DNA of 61,052 bases, the filler included, from Cladosporium halotolerans (Eukaryota), in the NCBI RefSeq assembly GCF_011745625.1. It is 2 parts of 2 records of this genome, joined end to end, with 100 filler letters (N's around TTAATTAATTAA, not from the genome) between each part and the next. Parts side by side here need not be neighbours in the genome. Positions count along the whole stretch, not along the records: positions 1 to 30,952 come from NW_027191529.1; 1 more part is not named here. One strand, 5' to 3'. Shown here in pieces: positions 12,292 through 25,486 of this stretch. The translations under genes were made by a program, and so were the position numbers. The notes under the pieces were generated by a model that was given only the letters and a program-made list of their open reading frames with translations, was not told where the DNA came from and ran no database searches. Every line of letters starts with the position of its first letter. The first letter of the stretch is position 1.

Positions 12292-13716
12292 GACGGCATG
12301 GCAGAAATAGGGGTTCAATAGTTTTACTGTATATTTTCAATTCAGATATCTTTCACCACCGGGGGCATTGAGCAAATACAGCTGCAGTGATTTCCGGTGC
12401 AATGGGCTAAAATACTGTACAATACGTTACTTTGTTAACGTCCATCCGTGCGCCACCAGAGATTGCCCCTATGCAGAGACAGTTCCATTTCATGACTCCT
12501 TATACCTCTCGTCCGCGCAAGCGAAGGCTCAACAACTGTCTCATACTGTTCTCCGGCTGTTTCTCCACCAGGGCAACGATTCACAGTATTCCCATCTGTC
12601 CGGTAGACCGTACTGTCAACCGATTCGTCGCTGCTATTCGTGTTTGCCCTATCTTCTGACCCTGCGCAGAGAAGATGAAGTGTGCCGGTGAGGTCGAAAT
12701 AGAGTGCGCTGCATTGGCGAGCAGAACATCCTGGATGTATCTGCATGCGGTCAGCCACCGTCAAACGACCGTCGCGGAAGGCTTGTAAGCGCCGGGCGAG
12801 CCTTTCTGCGAACCAGTCTTCGGCCCCGCCGGCTGAGGCTGCTTACCAAGAGCAGACCGATGTCGCGCAAGGTATTATCGCTGATTGGAGCAGACATGGT
12901 CAGACGGAAGCGCGGGCTTGCCGCCGCGGTCTCGGCAAGATAGAGGTGCGGCGAAGCTGAAGGTGACTCAGGGCTTCCGTGCCTTCTCATGGACCCTGGT
13001 GAGCGCCTAATTTCGCGCCCAACCTCGGCCGCTGTTGGCGGCAACCATTTCTTTAGCTTCCGATGATACCATCGCTGTGATCCTTCCCTGCAGGTTCACT
13101 TCAGTCCACTTTACATCCCTGTAACCCTATCTCGTATAACATGCATAACATCACAAGTGAAATTTAGGTCATTATGCAGATCAGACGCTAATGAACACCT
13201 TGGAGTGTGTTTCGGATCAGTTGCTGATTTCGCCAGAAGGTGCGAAGGATTTATCATCGTACTACGACCTTTCAGCCTACCAAGATCACCTTTCAATGCA
13301 AGTGACAAGGCTTGAAGCACACGGAGGAGAGTTAAAGTGGATTACTAGAAAAAGTGTTGAGAGAGTTTTGTATGATGAGAAGCGAAGTGTGGGAAGCTAT
13401 GGCTGATCTTGTGCAGACAGCTTTCGGAATGCCAATGTTTTCGCAACGCCCGGATGCAGCGTAAGTTATGCTGCTTTTATTTGTGTGAGCAAGTACAAAC
13501 TCAAATCCTCTCGGGTGTTGTTAGTCAAAAGACGCTCCAGGAAGAGGGGGCACGGTGATAATGGACAGGATCTGAGTAGATTGTAGCATTGTTTTCCGAA
13601 GCTCAGACTACACATCCCCCCGGGAGCTTTATGATAGACAGGGTGCTTCCGAAGAGATCCCACCCAGCTCAATCGACACTCTCCTGCCAATGAAAGACCT
13701 CAATCCACTTTCCCGT

Positions 13717-14658
13717 CTAAGGCTCCTCTTTGTTGCAGTTCATCCAATCCTCGGGATGCTCGTAGCTGTTGTCAGAGGGACCTTGCAGCGAGACCACTTT
13801 GCCAAAGAGCAGCTGAACCTTGCGATCTTTGTCGCACACAGAGATCTTCCAATCGTCCGAATCTTTGAACGCTGGCTCAGACTCCCCGTTCCCGTATGTA
13901 AAAGCAGTAATGTATGCGTCCAAGTCACTCAGACTTACATCTCCCCCATTTCCCTTGTTGATCTGCACTTTCACGCCCCAAATGTCCTCCGAGAACTCAT
14001 ACGATCGTTTTTCAGCAGAGTCTTGGCCTCGGCGTCGCACCTTTCTGGAAGCATCTCTGTTTAGAGTAGCAGTTGCATGAGAGCCATTGGTGTGCACGTG
14101 AAAGAATGTCCCGCCGCTTTGCACGTTGGTCCGGATTGCGATGCCGTCTGTGGGATGAATGTCTGAATGGCCGATCGATACAGCTCGGATGGCCTGCTCT
14201 CCATGCAGACCCTCTGAAATGCGGTTGTTGACTCGCTTTAAAAGCGCCGACTCTCCGGCTTTGCTCATGCGCTTGTATCTGCTTCCAGTTCCCTGCGAGG
14301 CTGTAGCCGGCTGTGAGCCCGCCGAAGTCGTGAAGGGAGGATTCGCATCAGGCGCAAGTCCGACGTCCAGGACAGTATCATTTGAGATCGCATTTGCCGG
14401 CGTCTGCATGTCTTCCGAGGTGGCCAGCAAGACTGAAAGTGTGTCTCTCAAAAGTTCTCTGACACAAACTTTACCAGTACTCACAGCCTTTCCCGAAACG
14501 TCAAACCCCGTGCAGCTATCGTAGAGCTGCTTTGTAATCTCCGCTCCAGGCATCACACTCAGTGCTTTGAAGGTGGAAAACGATCCATTATAATAGTGGG
14601 TGCCTGCCACCGCCCCGGAGATGACGCATGGCAAGACGAAGCTGATCTGAAGACGCAT
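13717..14658 (-). CDS. Secreted protein of unknown function (~313 aa)
   Basis: Likely start MRLQISFVLPCVISGAVAG (signal peptide) within ORF 13717..15042; several dibasic KR/RR sites; four Cys in the mature region. Confidence 0.65.
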   Translation of the reverse strand: MRLQISFVLPCVISGAVAGTHYYNGSFSTFKALSVMPGAEITKQLYDSCTGFDVSGKAVSTGKVCVRELLRDTLSVLLATSEDMQTPANAISNDTVLDVGLAPDANPPFTTSAGSQPATASQGTGSRYKRMSKAGESALLKRVNNRISEGLHGEQAIRAVSIGHSDIHPTDGIAIRTNVQSGGTFFHVHTNGSHATATLNRDASRKVRRRGQDSAEKRSYEFSEDIWGVKVQINKGNGGDVSLSDLDAYITAFTYGNGESEPAFKDSDDWKISVCDKDRKVQLLFGKVVSLQGPSDNSYEHPEDWMNCNKEEP

Positions 14659-15631
14659 GTTAATCAGTGTCGAGTGTCCCAGGGCAGAAAGTCTCTGTGG
14701 GGTTGTTGGCAACGTGTGACGGAACAGCACGTTGTGGATTCCGTTGTGGCAATTCTTGAAGTGGTGAATGAGCAGCGTACTGAGCACAAATACGGTGCCG
14801 GCGACGCGCGAGATCTTTTTATTGTGATGGTGAGTGCGACTAAAGAGCCATTTGACGATAAGGTGATACAGATGGGAAGGGTTCGATTTGCTGAGAATTG
14901 TGCGGCCCTGCCTGAACTTGGCCCCCTCCCATGACCTATTCACCCGTTCGAGGCCCCTCTTTGACCCTTGACGCAGCCCGTTGGCGAGGGAGTATGGGGT
15001 ATTGGCGCAGACCGACACGTGAATCTTAAGGACGATCTTCAATCTGGCGCGGTCTGGGGCCTAGCCGTGCTAATGGCAAGAAACATGTGCTTTGGTGCAG
15101 TACTTTCTTGCAAGAGACCCGCGATCTTCATCCTCTTGCATCCAGTCCGCCTACGCCGATGGATGTCCGCCGCTCTTCTAACGCGCGAATAGCAACGCTA
15201 CGGAAGCTCGACTCGGCCATGAATTGTAATTGGGTTTGACTTTAGAAAAAGCAAGGAGCGCGTGAGGTTGAAAGGCTCACTGCAATCGCATACCACAGCC
15301 GATTAAGTACTTGTCGAGATCATGATATCTCCGGTAACGTTACTTTACAGTGCAATTTGAAGCGCATTCAATCGACATCTAGCAAGAAATCACTGCTGAC
15401 CTGACTTCTCTTATAGCGTTTCATGGAACATTTCCACGGATTGCTGACGACTTTCTAATATTGGGGCGAAATAACACTCATCCATCGAAAGCTTAAAGCG
15501 GTAAACGGCCCGTGTCGTAGATACACAGCTGAGTTAACAATTTCACGCCCAAGTTCACCACCATTTAGTCTCTTGTTGCTAGCATGGCCATCCAGCCTTT
15601 CGCCCGGTGATTGCACTTCCTATGCGAACTG

Positions 15632-16300
15632 TCATCTTGGCCTCGACGCGCGGCCAGTCCAGTTCCTCGCTTTTCCATGGTCCGCGACCGTCATGCCCCT
15701 CGCATCAGCCATCAGCTTCTGCATCAATGCTTTTCTTCTTTGGACCTTTCGTGCGCGACAGAGATGATGTTTTATTGTAGAGCACAGAGCGACTTCCTCG
15801 GCGTCTTGTCCCGCAGGTCTCACTTCAGTGAGTGCAGATCGTCGGTATATGGTGAGGAAATGACAGCAGGCGGCAACGAGGTGGTTCACAACCAGGCGCA
15901 CGGCCGCGTGGAAGACTCGCACCAGCATGCTATTATCCAGCTCTTGAAGAAAGCGCATCTGCCACGGGATTAGTAAGTGCTCCCCGCTTTTGCTCATTGG
16001 TTTGCTTCTGTGTGCAAATTGGCTACACCAATCGAGCAGCAGCCGTAGAGTGTTGCCCTCAATCTAGTCAGTGTCAGCGATGCTGCCTTTCCGGAAGATA
16101 GCATATGCTTCTGGCTGACCTTAGGCAGAGAAACAGTCCGAGACTCATCACTACTTCCTCTAGGTAGCACTTTGTCCAGATATCCAGACTCGCGGGCCAC
16201 ACAGCACTCTGTGGAATACTTTAGCCTCCCTTCAGATACTTTGAGTCGACATAAACGCAAGAATCCAGCTTTTACATACCAATGACGATGACACATCCAT
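15632..16300 (-). CDS. Second, highly divergent Skp1/BTB-like gene (spliced; may be decaying)
   Basis: ESGYLDKVL..TVSLPK, intron (GTCAGC...CTGACTAG), then IEGNTLRLLLDWCSQ...IPWQMRFLQELDNSMLVRVFHAAVRLVVNHLVAACC. This parallels the Skp1 pattern LPNV..ILEKVIEWC...W..KF..VD..MLFEII.AANYL.I..L. The 5' exon is uncertain. Confidence 0.55.
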
Positions 16301-16756
16301 CCGAGCTCCGTAATCGAACCATGGCGTGTGTTCAAGCACGTACGTTTGAGAAAAAAAGGGGGTTGGGTATATTTGAGGTAAGGAAAGAAGAAGGATGAAG
16401 ATGAATCTAGGATGTACCAAACAATGTCGTGCTGACAGCCGTGTGCGCGATTCATTTGTCATGATCCGGTAGGATTTCTCGTTCGAAGTGCCAGCAAGGT
16501 GCTGTGATGAGTGCAGGGGCTGCAGTGGATTTCTTCCGGGCCGTTGTCAAAATTTATGTTCTGCACAATGCAGAGAGCCAGCCTTACACCCGTACCGTAC
16601 CATCGATCCCGGTACAGTTTCACTATTTGGTAGTCCCTCTACTTTTGATATGTCTACACACCCATCAGAACAGGCTCAAGTGTCTATCTGATCTTGACTA
16701 CGTAGCACGAGGGCGGTAGAATGATGTTTGCTCGCTTCTTGAAAGTTTCACGCCAT

Positions 16757-16909
16757 CTATTCGAGCTCGTTTTGCAGCGTGATATCTGCGCTGCCCTCGT
16801 TCCACAGAAACTTCACCATTCCTTCATCGCCTTTCCATGCGGTACTCCTCAGAAGGGTATCCGCAGCGACATAATCCCGCGTTGTCTCATTGAGCGATTC
16901 GTCTTCCAT
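16757..16909 (-). pseudogene. Ankyrin-repeat remnant
   Basis: The minus strand reads DTLLRSTAWKGDEGMVKFLWNEGSADITLQNELE*, a single ankyrin-like repeat within stop-rich sequence. Confidence 0.35.
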
Positions 16910-17483
16910 GAGGCTCTTCGGAATTTTGCACTAGAACCAATCATAGCAAGGTGCAATTCGTTTTACCCATAACATGCTTGCGTCTCATTCGGGCCTCCAC
17001 AGTATATGCTCAACATCATCCTCAGTATGTCGCCGTGTTCATTTGAGGGGAGCCTCCGGTAAGGTCTAGTGCTTTTTTCGCACACGAAACAAAGTGAAAT
17101 TATCGAATTCGTACGGTCCCCATGTCGATCTGGGAACAAGGAAGTCTGCGATCGGTGACAGTACGTCGGAAATTTGTGGTGAGGTTTCAACGTGGATCGT
17201 TATTGGAAAAACGGTTCGGATCAGGAGACATAAGAATCAAGATCGAATACAGTGCAAGCTTTTCCCTCTATGTGCCTGCAAATGCTTGGATCTGCGCGCT
17301 TGAAATCCCCAACCCAAAGTGGTATAGCTCCGAGAAGTGGAACGGAATGCTTCCTTTTCTTTAAAATAGATCTTTCGGTAGCATATCTGTCTGCGGCTAC
17401 CGTAACTTGGGAGAAAACATGGATAGGACCAGTCGCAACAATCGGGCCGGAACCCGCTACATACCCTTGCAACATAACAAATG

Positions 17484-20400
17484 TCAGACTCTAGCGTCGT
17501 ACGGTGGTGGCTGATCGCTCTCATTGGCAGACGCATCTAGTGGAAGTTCCCCCCCTTTTCTCGTTCGCGGTGGTTCTGCCTTTTCTGGGCGGATGGGGAA
17601 TACGGGTCTCTTGTCGATCAGTGTCTCTTCTTCATGGTTTACGTTTCCGCGAGACACTCGAGTCCAAAGGAAAGGCCTCCCACGTTTCGCTGAGCGCGGT
17701 TCATGCTCCGAAATCCCTTCTCTTGATGCATTTTTTGGAGGAGGGAACTCATCTTTCAAAACATTATCGTGTCCGAATGCTTGGCGCGGCACTTGACTTA
17801 TGGGATAACCTCCGGGTTCGAGCCGGTCATTTTGTAGCAAATGGAGCTTGATCAAAGGTGCCACCTTTTCATCCTGCAGAAGGAACTCAAGCTCCGGAAG
17901 CCGGAAAACTCCTCGTTCGATCATTTGCGACCTTATTTCTGAGGTGATACAGACCTCGTATCGAGCTCCAGTAGTTGTGGAAGGAACGGAAAAAAACGGC
18001 TCAAAGTCAGAACAGCATCGAGCTTCCAAAAGCTTCCCCAGGCATTTTGTGTAAGCGCTGTGATTGTCAAACCGACAAGAGATCCGTCCGATGGTGTGTC
18101 TGTTTCCCATGGTATCTGTGGTCGTTGCTTGTTCGTTGAAGTAAAATAGCAATGCCACGAGATGATGCGCCAGACTTCGTACGGCCGTGGATCGGTGCGG
18201 CTCTTGCAATTTTTCGCCGACCAATCCCGAGATTCTCTGAATTTGACTTTCGCGATCTTGAGCAGGAGGTGCTTCTTTCCCCAGATCGACGTTGAAGCGG
18301 ACCCGTCTCCCACACGAGGAGTTGGATGCTTCGGAAGGCGGCTTGGCAGCAAACTCTTGCCACATGCGTTCAGCGTCGAGCACGTCGTTGTCGCTCCTGA
18401 GCCTCCACTTTGCCATTCTTGATGCATTACTGATGCCATGTCGTAGCCACTGAGCATTGCCTTGCGCATCGCTGGTCTTCGGGCCCTTCATCAGTTCGGC
18501 CAGGATCGCTGCGCGATTCTGGCCCGTTCCGAGAGACAATATCAGATCGGGCTCCGCTATATCGGGCCAGATCTTGCGTGTTTCGGCGAATGCGACAGCG
18601 GGTACATTCACCCAGCTGGCCTTGGTTCCACTGAACTGTCTGCCAGAGGCTGAAGGTGAAGGTCGAAAGTATCGAGGATCTGCCATCGTTGCGTAGACGG
18701 CTTGCCAGGTCTTCAACTCACTGGCAGGATCATGTGGACGATCGTACTCGTAGTCACTCGCACTGTCAGTATTGTGCTGGACGTCCTCGCAAACAACATC
18801 CGGCCCCGGCCTGCGGTAATTGCTGAGCAGCGCCGTTCTGTGATTAGTCAAGCTTGTAGCTGTGACCGCAACTCTAACATCGGGTCGGAATTGGTTCGTG
18901 TCTCCAAAAAAGTCTTTTCCTTCAGCGAATTCGGCTTTGAGGGCTTCGCATATGGCTGATCTCCCGTATTGTGGCGATGATCGGACTGCGCGGGACATGC
19001 GATTGATTAATGCGACGCCGGGCTTTTTCGCACCGTAGGCTTGCCTGCATATGGCGGCGAAGGTCGCTTGACACTGGTCCAAGGACGTTTTCTCTTTCGC
19101 AAGAGCAACCGCGATGAGACCGCCAGTTCCCGATCCGACCATCAAGTCGAAAAGAGCTTGCACGGGGAGATGTCCATCCAACGCTTGCTCAACCGCGCGT
19201 AGAATCTCCAACTGCACTACGCCGCGGATACCTCCTCCGTCCAAGGCGAGCACGCGCACACCCGCCCCTCGAGGCTTGTACTTGACCACTTTTGGTTGCG
19301 CCCATCGAGTTGCATGCTGGTGGAGGGGGCACCATGAGATCAGTAAGGTAGACTGAGTTAGGTCGCCGCACGCGCGCGCGCATCTGTCGCACAACGCGTG
19401 ACCGCAAGGAAGAGAGTGTTGTGGCACATCCATTAGACAGCAAAAGCAAGTTGAGTGACTGCGGATCCACGTTGCCGGTCCCACAAAGCGGTAAAAACTG
19501 TCCAGTCGATCAACGTGTATGGAGAAAGCAATCGGCTCTTCCGCATAAACTGTACGCTTCGACGTCATGGCGGCGAGATCCTGTTCTTTGGAAAAGATAC
19601 GATGTAGATCGTTGATGGCGGTCTCCAATTGTTGCATGCACTTCTGAGCGAATCCAGCTCCGAAGGCGGACTCGTATTGCCCCGCTGCTATGATTCCACT
19701 TTCATCTTGGTGGCCTTTGCTTTTATGCCGCGCTCTTACCAAGACGCATCTCCGTTGCCCATCTGTACTGACAAACGAGCAAGGATAGTGTAGCTGGAGG
19801 TATTCCGTCAGGGCGAACTCGAAGTGGTGGGCGTAACTTCCGAACAACTCGTGCAGCTGCCCTTTTCGGAAGCGAGCGCAGTCCAACAGAACGCAGGAGG
19901 CCAGTACAACACTGAGCTTGCCAAACACCGACTCGACTCTCGCAGGATCTCGTGACGGCATCCGAGCGCTCAGGCTCTCGCATAGCTGTAGGATGTGCCC
20001 ACCAAAGTCTTGAGGTATCGGGTTGCGCCTCAGCGAAACCTGCATGAAATTGAAAGGCACCTCGATGTGAGTGGTGAAGTGGTCGAAGCCGCTTTGGATG
20101 TATAGGTTTAGCTCATCGGCATCAACCAGCAGGCGAGCACGTCGCTTTGCCTCGTGCGATGCTCGGCAGTCCGCTCGAATCGCTGCGTGCAGCTTGTCCA
20201 CTTGCTGACTTAGCAACATGTACTGCGGTGCGGCGGGAACCCGTAACACCTTGAAAGAGGCATAGTAGCACAGGATGAGATCTTTGACGGAGCTTATCTC
20301 CCTTCCGAGGCCACGCCAGTGATCAGCGAGCTGACGGAACTGGGGAACTCCTTCGACGCGTTCGAAGGCGTTGCTGACAGACGAGAGGAGGCTTTCTGTG

Positions 20401-21524
20401 GCGTGATGGCTATCCCATTGCGCGGGATCGATGCCTGGATGGCTACCGTTGAGTACCACTATGCAGTGCGGCAGGGCCGGTTGGTTTATTGACTTTTCCA
20501 ACGCGGCCGCCCCCCATTCCAGAAGCTTTGTGAGCGCAGCCGAGCCGAAAGTCTTAGGATTCCGTAGTACGAACGCAACGCAGTCAGAGAAGCTATACAG
20601 GAGCCGCGGGTATAGTACAGTCACGGCGTATTCTCTTCGACGGTGCTCTTCTGTATCCGCCCACCTGACCCGCCGCGTGTTGACCCAAGCTCTTGTCGTC
20701 GCGCTTTGGCTGTCCCCAGAGCCAAGCTGAGGCTGTGAGCCTAGAGGAGATCTTTCGCCGCCTTCGAAGCCTTCGCAATCAGCGTACAAGACGGGCAAAG
20801 GGTCTGCGTGCGTCGTGGGATCCGCGTAGAGGTGGACGTCACCTGAGGTGGCGAGGCTGTCGTTCTCAAGGCTACCAACGACTGGAGACGGAAATTCGAC
20901 GCAGGAGCTCATGGTATTGTCGCTCTTGTCGCTCTTGTTGCCATTGATGTCCGCGCAGACACTTCTGCCATGAATCAGCATCTTGATCAAAGTGGACTTC
21001 CCGGCATTGGTGACGCCGACGAAAGACACAAGCTGCGGATAACGAGTCTTCATGCTAGTTGACCGCGCGATATCGGAGACCAGTGTAGCGTATCGTCCGT
21101 AATCGTCGAATAGCACCTGATCTTTTTCGTCGCGAGTCACGCCGAACCATTTTGTCCAGTCGTCTTCTTGATGAGATTTTCGGACATCCAAAGGATCCGT
21201 GGACGGGTGTAGTATGCTTCTCAATCTCCGGACGACGCTGAGATCTACCTTCTCGTGCGGTAGACCTTCGGGTCCTCTCTTTTTGGGCCTGTGAGGACCT
21301 TGAAGAGACCAACAGTTACTTTGAGGGCGTATCAGCAACGATTGACACGCATCTCAGCATTTGTCTTCCTCGCCACAGCGGCTCATCTCGTACCTGCAGT
21401 AGGTGCTATCGCAACGAACGCAGTACCATAATGTGATACTCTGAATGTCGTCAGTGATGCATCTTCCGTCTTCGCAAATATCATTCACGTCTTCTTCGTC
21501 GCAGTTGGTAGGCGTTTCTGTCAT
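17484..21524 (-). CDS. Large multidomain protein: Cys-rich N-terminus, P-loop GTPase-like domain, RING-like domain, patatin-like (FabD/lysophospholipase fold) domain
   Basis: Exon 1 from ATG 21524 (CEDGRC..WYCVRCDSTYC) is spliced to the 1284-aa ORF. Motifs: Walker A GVTNAGKST, YADCEG, CFCCLMDVPQHSLPCGHALCDRC, patatin VLALDGGGIRG, FDLMVGSGTGG, ILSLGTG. Confidence 0.9.
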
Positions 21525-22166
21525 TGTTGAGGTCTTGAGCTGACCTGCTCTTTGAGAATATCTAATTAGAAATTGGCGGTGATTGTGAGGTAAGGAAGTC
21601 GATCGATGCTGTCAGAAGAGGCAATAGTAAACCTCGGGAGCGCACGGCCTCTGGGACCATGTAATCTTTCAGAAGTAGACACATGTAATTCTTGATCGCT
21701 ACCAAAATGGACATCGAGCCTTCCTTGTTGAGCCGAATCGCCGAACCCATTTAAACCCATACCCGACGAGCGATAGGTTCACAATTTCCTGCAGAACTCT
21801 CGACATCATCTTGCTTGTGATTGACGATCAGTCACCCCGAGTTGAACACTGATCACCATATTGATTGCACTCGTCTGAAACGCTTCAGCGTGTTCTCTCA
21901 AAGACATTCCATGTTTGGGGTCGCATCTGCTACCAGACGCTTGAGTCACTATTATGCTGGCGAACCAGCCATGACTGGTGCATCGAGTAAGGCTCCGTGG
22001 AGCGCGTCCGGCAAGAAAATCATTTTGAACATGAGGTATTCATCGTGAATGCTATCTCCCTTCGGCCGTGGTTCCACACTTCCTCCACTCAATATTTCCC
22101 ATTCGTGTTTCTGTCAACACGTACAAATGTCTTGATCGTTCGCAAACGGTATCTCAAAGCTCTGCA

Positions 22167-24008
22167 TTACTTTCTCAACGAGTGCTCCGGGATGAAAGCT
22201 GTGTCCAACGTGTAATCACCAATAGTCAGGCTGAGTAGTAAACCGAAGAAGCCAACGCCAGTGGACGTAGCAAAAAGCATTCTGAGCGCCCAAGAATAAG
22301 CCCCCTGGACCTGCAACTTCAGTGGATTTGCGCTTGACATTGCTTGCAGTATCGGTATGTATCCCTCGAAGTTGGTTGCAATGCCGGTCGGCAAGTCGTC
22401 TTTTCCGAGGCGCATGCGAAGAAAGTTTTGGAAGATCGTGCCGCCGAGGATGACACCAAGGCAGAGACCAAAGCTTCTTGCGAAGGAGTACATGCTTACA
22501 GCGAATGCCGCATCTTTTGTCTTACAAGATGCCTGGATAGCGACTGAGTGTCCGATAAGTAACAAACCCTGCCCCGCACCAGCACACATGAAAATGACGA
22601 CCCAAGCAGCAGGATGCGTGCCTGTGCCGAGAAGGATGAGGAGTCCGAGGCCCAAGACGCTGAGTGACCAGCCCAGCCATATAGACCATCTGTACCGTCC
22701 AATCCGGGTAATAAGCGATCCGGTCAACCCGCTGACTGGCACCACAGTCACAGCGAAGGGCAGAAGTCCGGTGCCAGCCAGGATGGGCGAGTAAAGTTGA
22801 CAAGCCATCAGGTAGATCACAAGATAGTAAGTCATGGCAAACAGCTGGTTGGAGTGTCAGTACGGACGACAGATGCGTTCTGCTGCTGATCAACTCACGA
22901 GGTAACCTTGTATCATCGTGCAGAGAGTTATCACGATTCCCGACCAATGTTGAAAAATAGAAAGGCGCAAGAAAGGGTTTTTTGCGACGTGTCGCTCGTA
23001 GAACAACGTGAGCAGCATACCTTCCAGGCCTGCGACAATGGGTACCAAAACAGCTGAGCTCCGCCAGCTGTATCTATTGCCACCCCAGCTCATTCCGACA
23101 AGGAACAAGGTGGAGCTGACAACCATTGATGCCGACCCTAGCCAGTCGAAAGAACGCAATTTCTCGCGCATGGGCATAACTTCTTCCTCGTATCGCAAGA
23201 ACAGAGGAACTATCACCAGGCCGATCGCACAGAACGGGATGTTGATATAGAAGATCCTTCGACAGTATCAGCACGGAGCGAATGAGAACAGACTGCTTTT
23301 TGGGAAGTCTCACCATCGCCAATTCGAATCGATCATAGCGCCGCCGATTATGGGTGCAATGTTTGTCCCGAGGGCGAATACGAGTTGTATGAGACCTTGG
23401 TATTTGGATCGCTGGCGGAGGGGTACAAAGTCCGATAGTATTATCAGATTTACGCTGATGATACCGCCTCCACCGATGCCCTGAACAGTGCGCCCAGCGA
23501 GCATTGCAGGAACTGTAGGAGCCGTTGCACAAACGATGCTCCCCACGGTGAAAACGGCAACGGAGCCTAGGAACATGGCCTGTCGACCAAAAGCTTCCGC
23601 CAGGGCAGCCATGGTGGGTTGGCATACGGCATTGGCCAGAAGATAGCTCGCAGCTATCCAGAACGACTCTGTGGCATTGGCTCCGAGGGCGTGAGCAACG
23701 GTCTGGACGTTGCATTAGCGACTTTTGCGTCACGACAGTTCAATCATGCATACCGGTAGAGTGGCCGTGAGTATGGTCATGTCCAGAGATATGATGAACT
23801 GTTCCACAAGATTAGCCTCGCTGTCAAGCGGTCGTCATCTCCTTGCACTAACGACACAGAACGCCTGAGCAGCTAATGCTCTCTTGACTCTCGCATCTGG
23901 CTTCCAGGACTCGACATCCTCGTCTGATTCCAAGGAAAGCGTTGTCTGCTGCACGTATCCGGCACTTGGCGCAACATGCTCCTTTTCTTGATGAATTTGG
24001 GTGGTCAT
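22167..24008 (-). CDS. MFS multidrug-type transporter (DHA2/14-TMS family), multi-exon
   Basis: Exons contain ISLDMTILTATLP, AALAEAFGRQ, GRTVQGIGGGG, WRW/FYINIPF, FDWLGS, YSFARSFG and many TM segments separated by GT..AG introns. Confidence 0.9.
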
Positions 24009-25486
24009 ATTATTTCCTGGTGCTGGCACGTCCGTAAATCGGAGGATGGGGAAGGAAGTTCAACAAAAGATACAGGTCTTGTTGATACAGTGTTTATATA
24101 GAAGTCAAATCAAGCAGAAGTAGTCCCAGCCATCCAATGGAGCTTACGATAGTGTGATCACATGCGAAATGTTGAGTTGAACGTTGATGCTGAAAGCGGC
24201 TGTGACCCCGATGCGCCGACTAAAATGACAAGGAGGCAAAACATGTTCCGCATTCCTACTGGTTAGATCGCTCCTGTACTGTGGAGTAACGCGGAAGAGC
24301 CTTTGGTCCGGACCAAGAGACTCCTTCACTCGTTGACTGGACCTACAGCCCATTCTCGCAACAAATTGCCGATCCCAACCTATCGTGGTTTGTCGCTCGG
24401 CCGTGCGTGCGAAACCGCATATCGTCTTCAAATTTCGAATCCGTGTCAGAGCAGAGCCTTGAGTTGAGTATTCGATCCGAGGGCGGGCTTGTTTGGTAAG
24501 GTTTTGCAGCAAAAGGTACGACCGGAGGTCCAAAGACCGAAATGCGCGACCTTATCGATGTAGGGATTTCTTCGGGTCATCTAAAACCCAGCCGGAACCC
24601 TTTCAGGCATTGGTGTGCGTATTTTGGTAGTTATAGTTGCATCGACAGTCGCCCGTTGTATCCCTAAAGCTTATAGTGTTCGTCCCAAATGATGGCCCCC
24701 CCTCCTCTACATAGTAGCATAGCAGGAATTCCTTCTGTTGCAGACCCCTTTAGAAAAAATCCCAATGCCTCCTCCAACCTATTCGACTGCTTGCAAGTGA
24801 TTGGGAACTCTGCCCCCACCTCCCTCATCGATGCTGTATGCTCTTGAAACTCTGCCCGCATTATCCTCATTGCGTGTTTCCGCTCGTTGGCTTGATCAAA
24901 CACTGCTGCTACTGTACTGTCTCCTTACTTCCGTCTCTATTATTTGGCTACGCAGCGAAGTCAAGGGTGCATACAGATCGTGATCGATCTGTCCGTGTCG
25001 AGCTTAGATTGCAGTGCTTTAAAACTCAAGCAGCGCAGAGCGTCTTTGCAGCTCGAGGCTTTCCGAACGACCCGCGATTCGCTCTCATTTTATTTGAACG
25101 ACTCGATCTCGACCATTTCGCCCAGCTCGAGCACCCTGCCACTCCCACCCACTCCGTGGTCGGAGCAACCTTGATCGCCACTTTGAGGGTCTTCGGTGAA
25201 CCCTTGCTCATGGTCGACATCGTTAGGTCCAGCATCTTTGCGACCAGATCGTCTCACGGAGTTTGGCTTGGCCTGCCCAGCTCTTCTATCCACGCGTCTA
25301 ATTTGTCTTGGTGCCTCCGGGACCGGTCGCTCTCAGGGACACTTGTCTGCTCACATGCTTTGCATTTACGCTCATCCAATTAGATCTACTTTGACGAAAA
25401 GTGAGCCCTCTGCAAAGTCATTCGGTGACGCTTTTTCCTAGGAGACTTCAGTAAGTATAGAAAATCTATCAGTGGATACCCTGAGT

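Noticed and set aside
12368..13406. Several short ORFs downstream of the Skp1-like gene
   Set aside because: No consistent exon structure or domain signature found.
17504..21312. Many antisense and alternate-frame ORFs within the patatin gene (likewise within the chitinase and RT)
   Set aside because: Shadow ORFs of GC-rich coding sequence.
24664..25441. Overlapping ORFs between the MFS and AA11 genes
   Set aside because: No recognisable motif and stops in candidate frames; no supported call.
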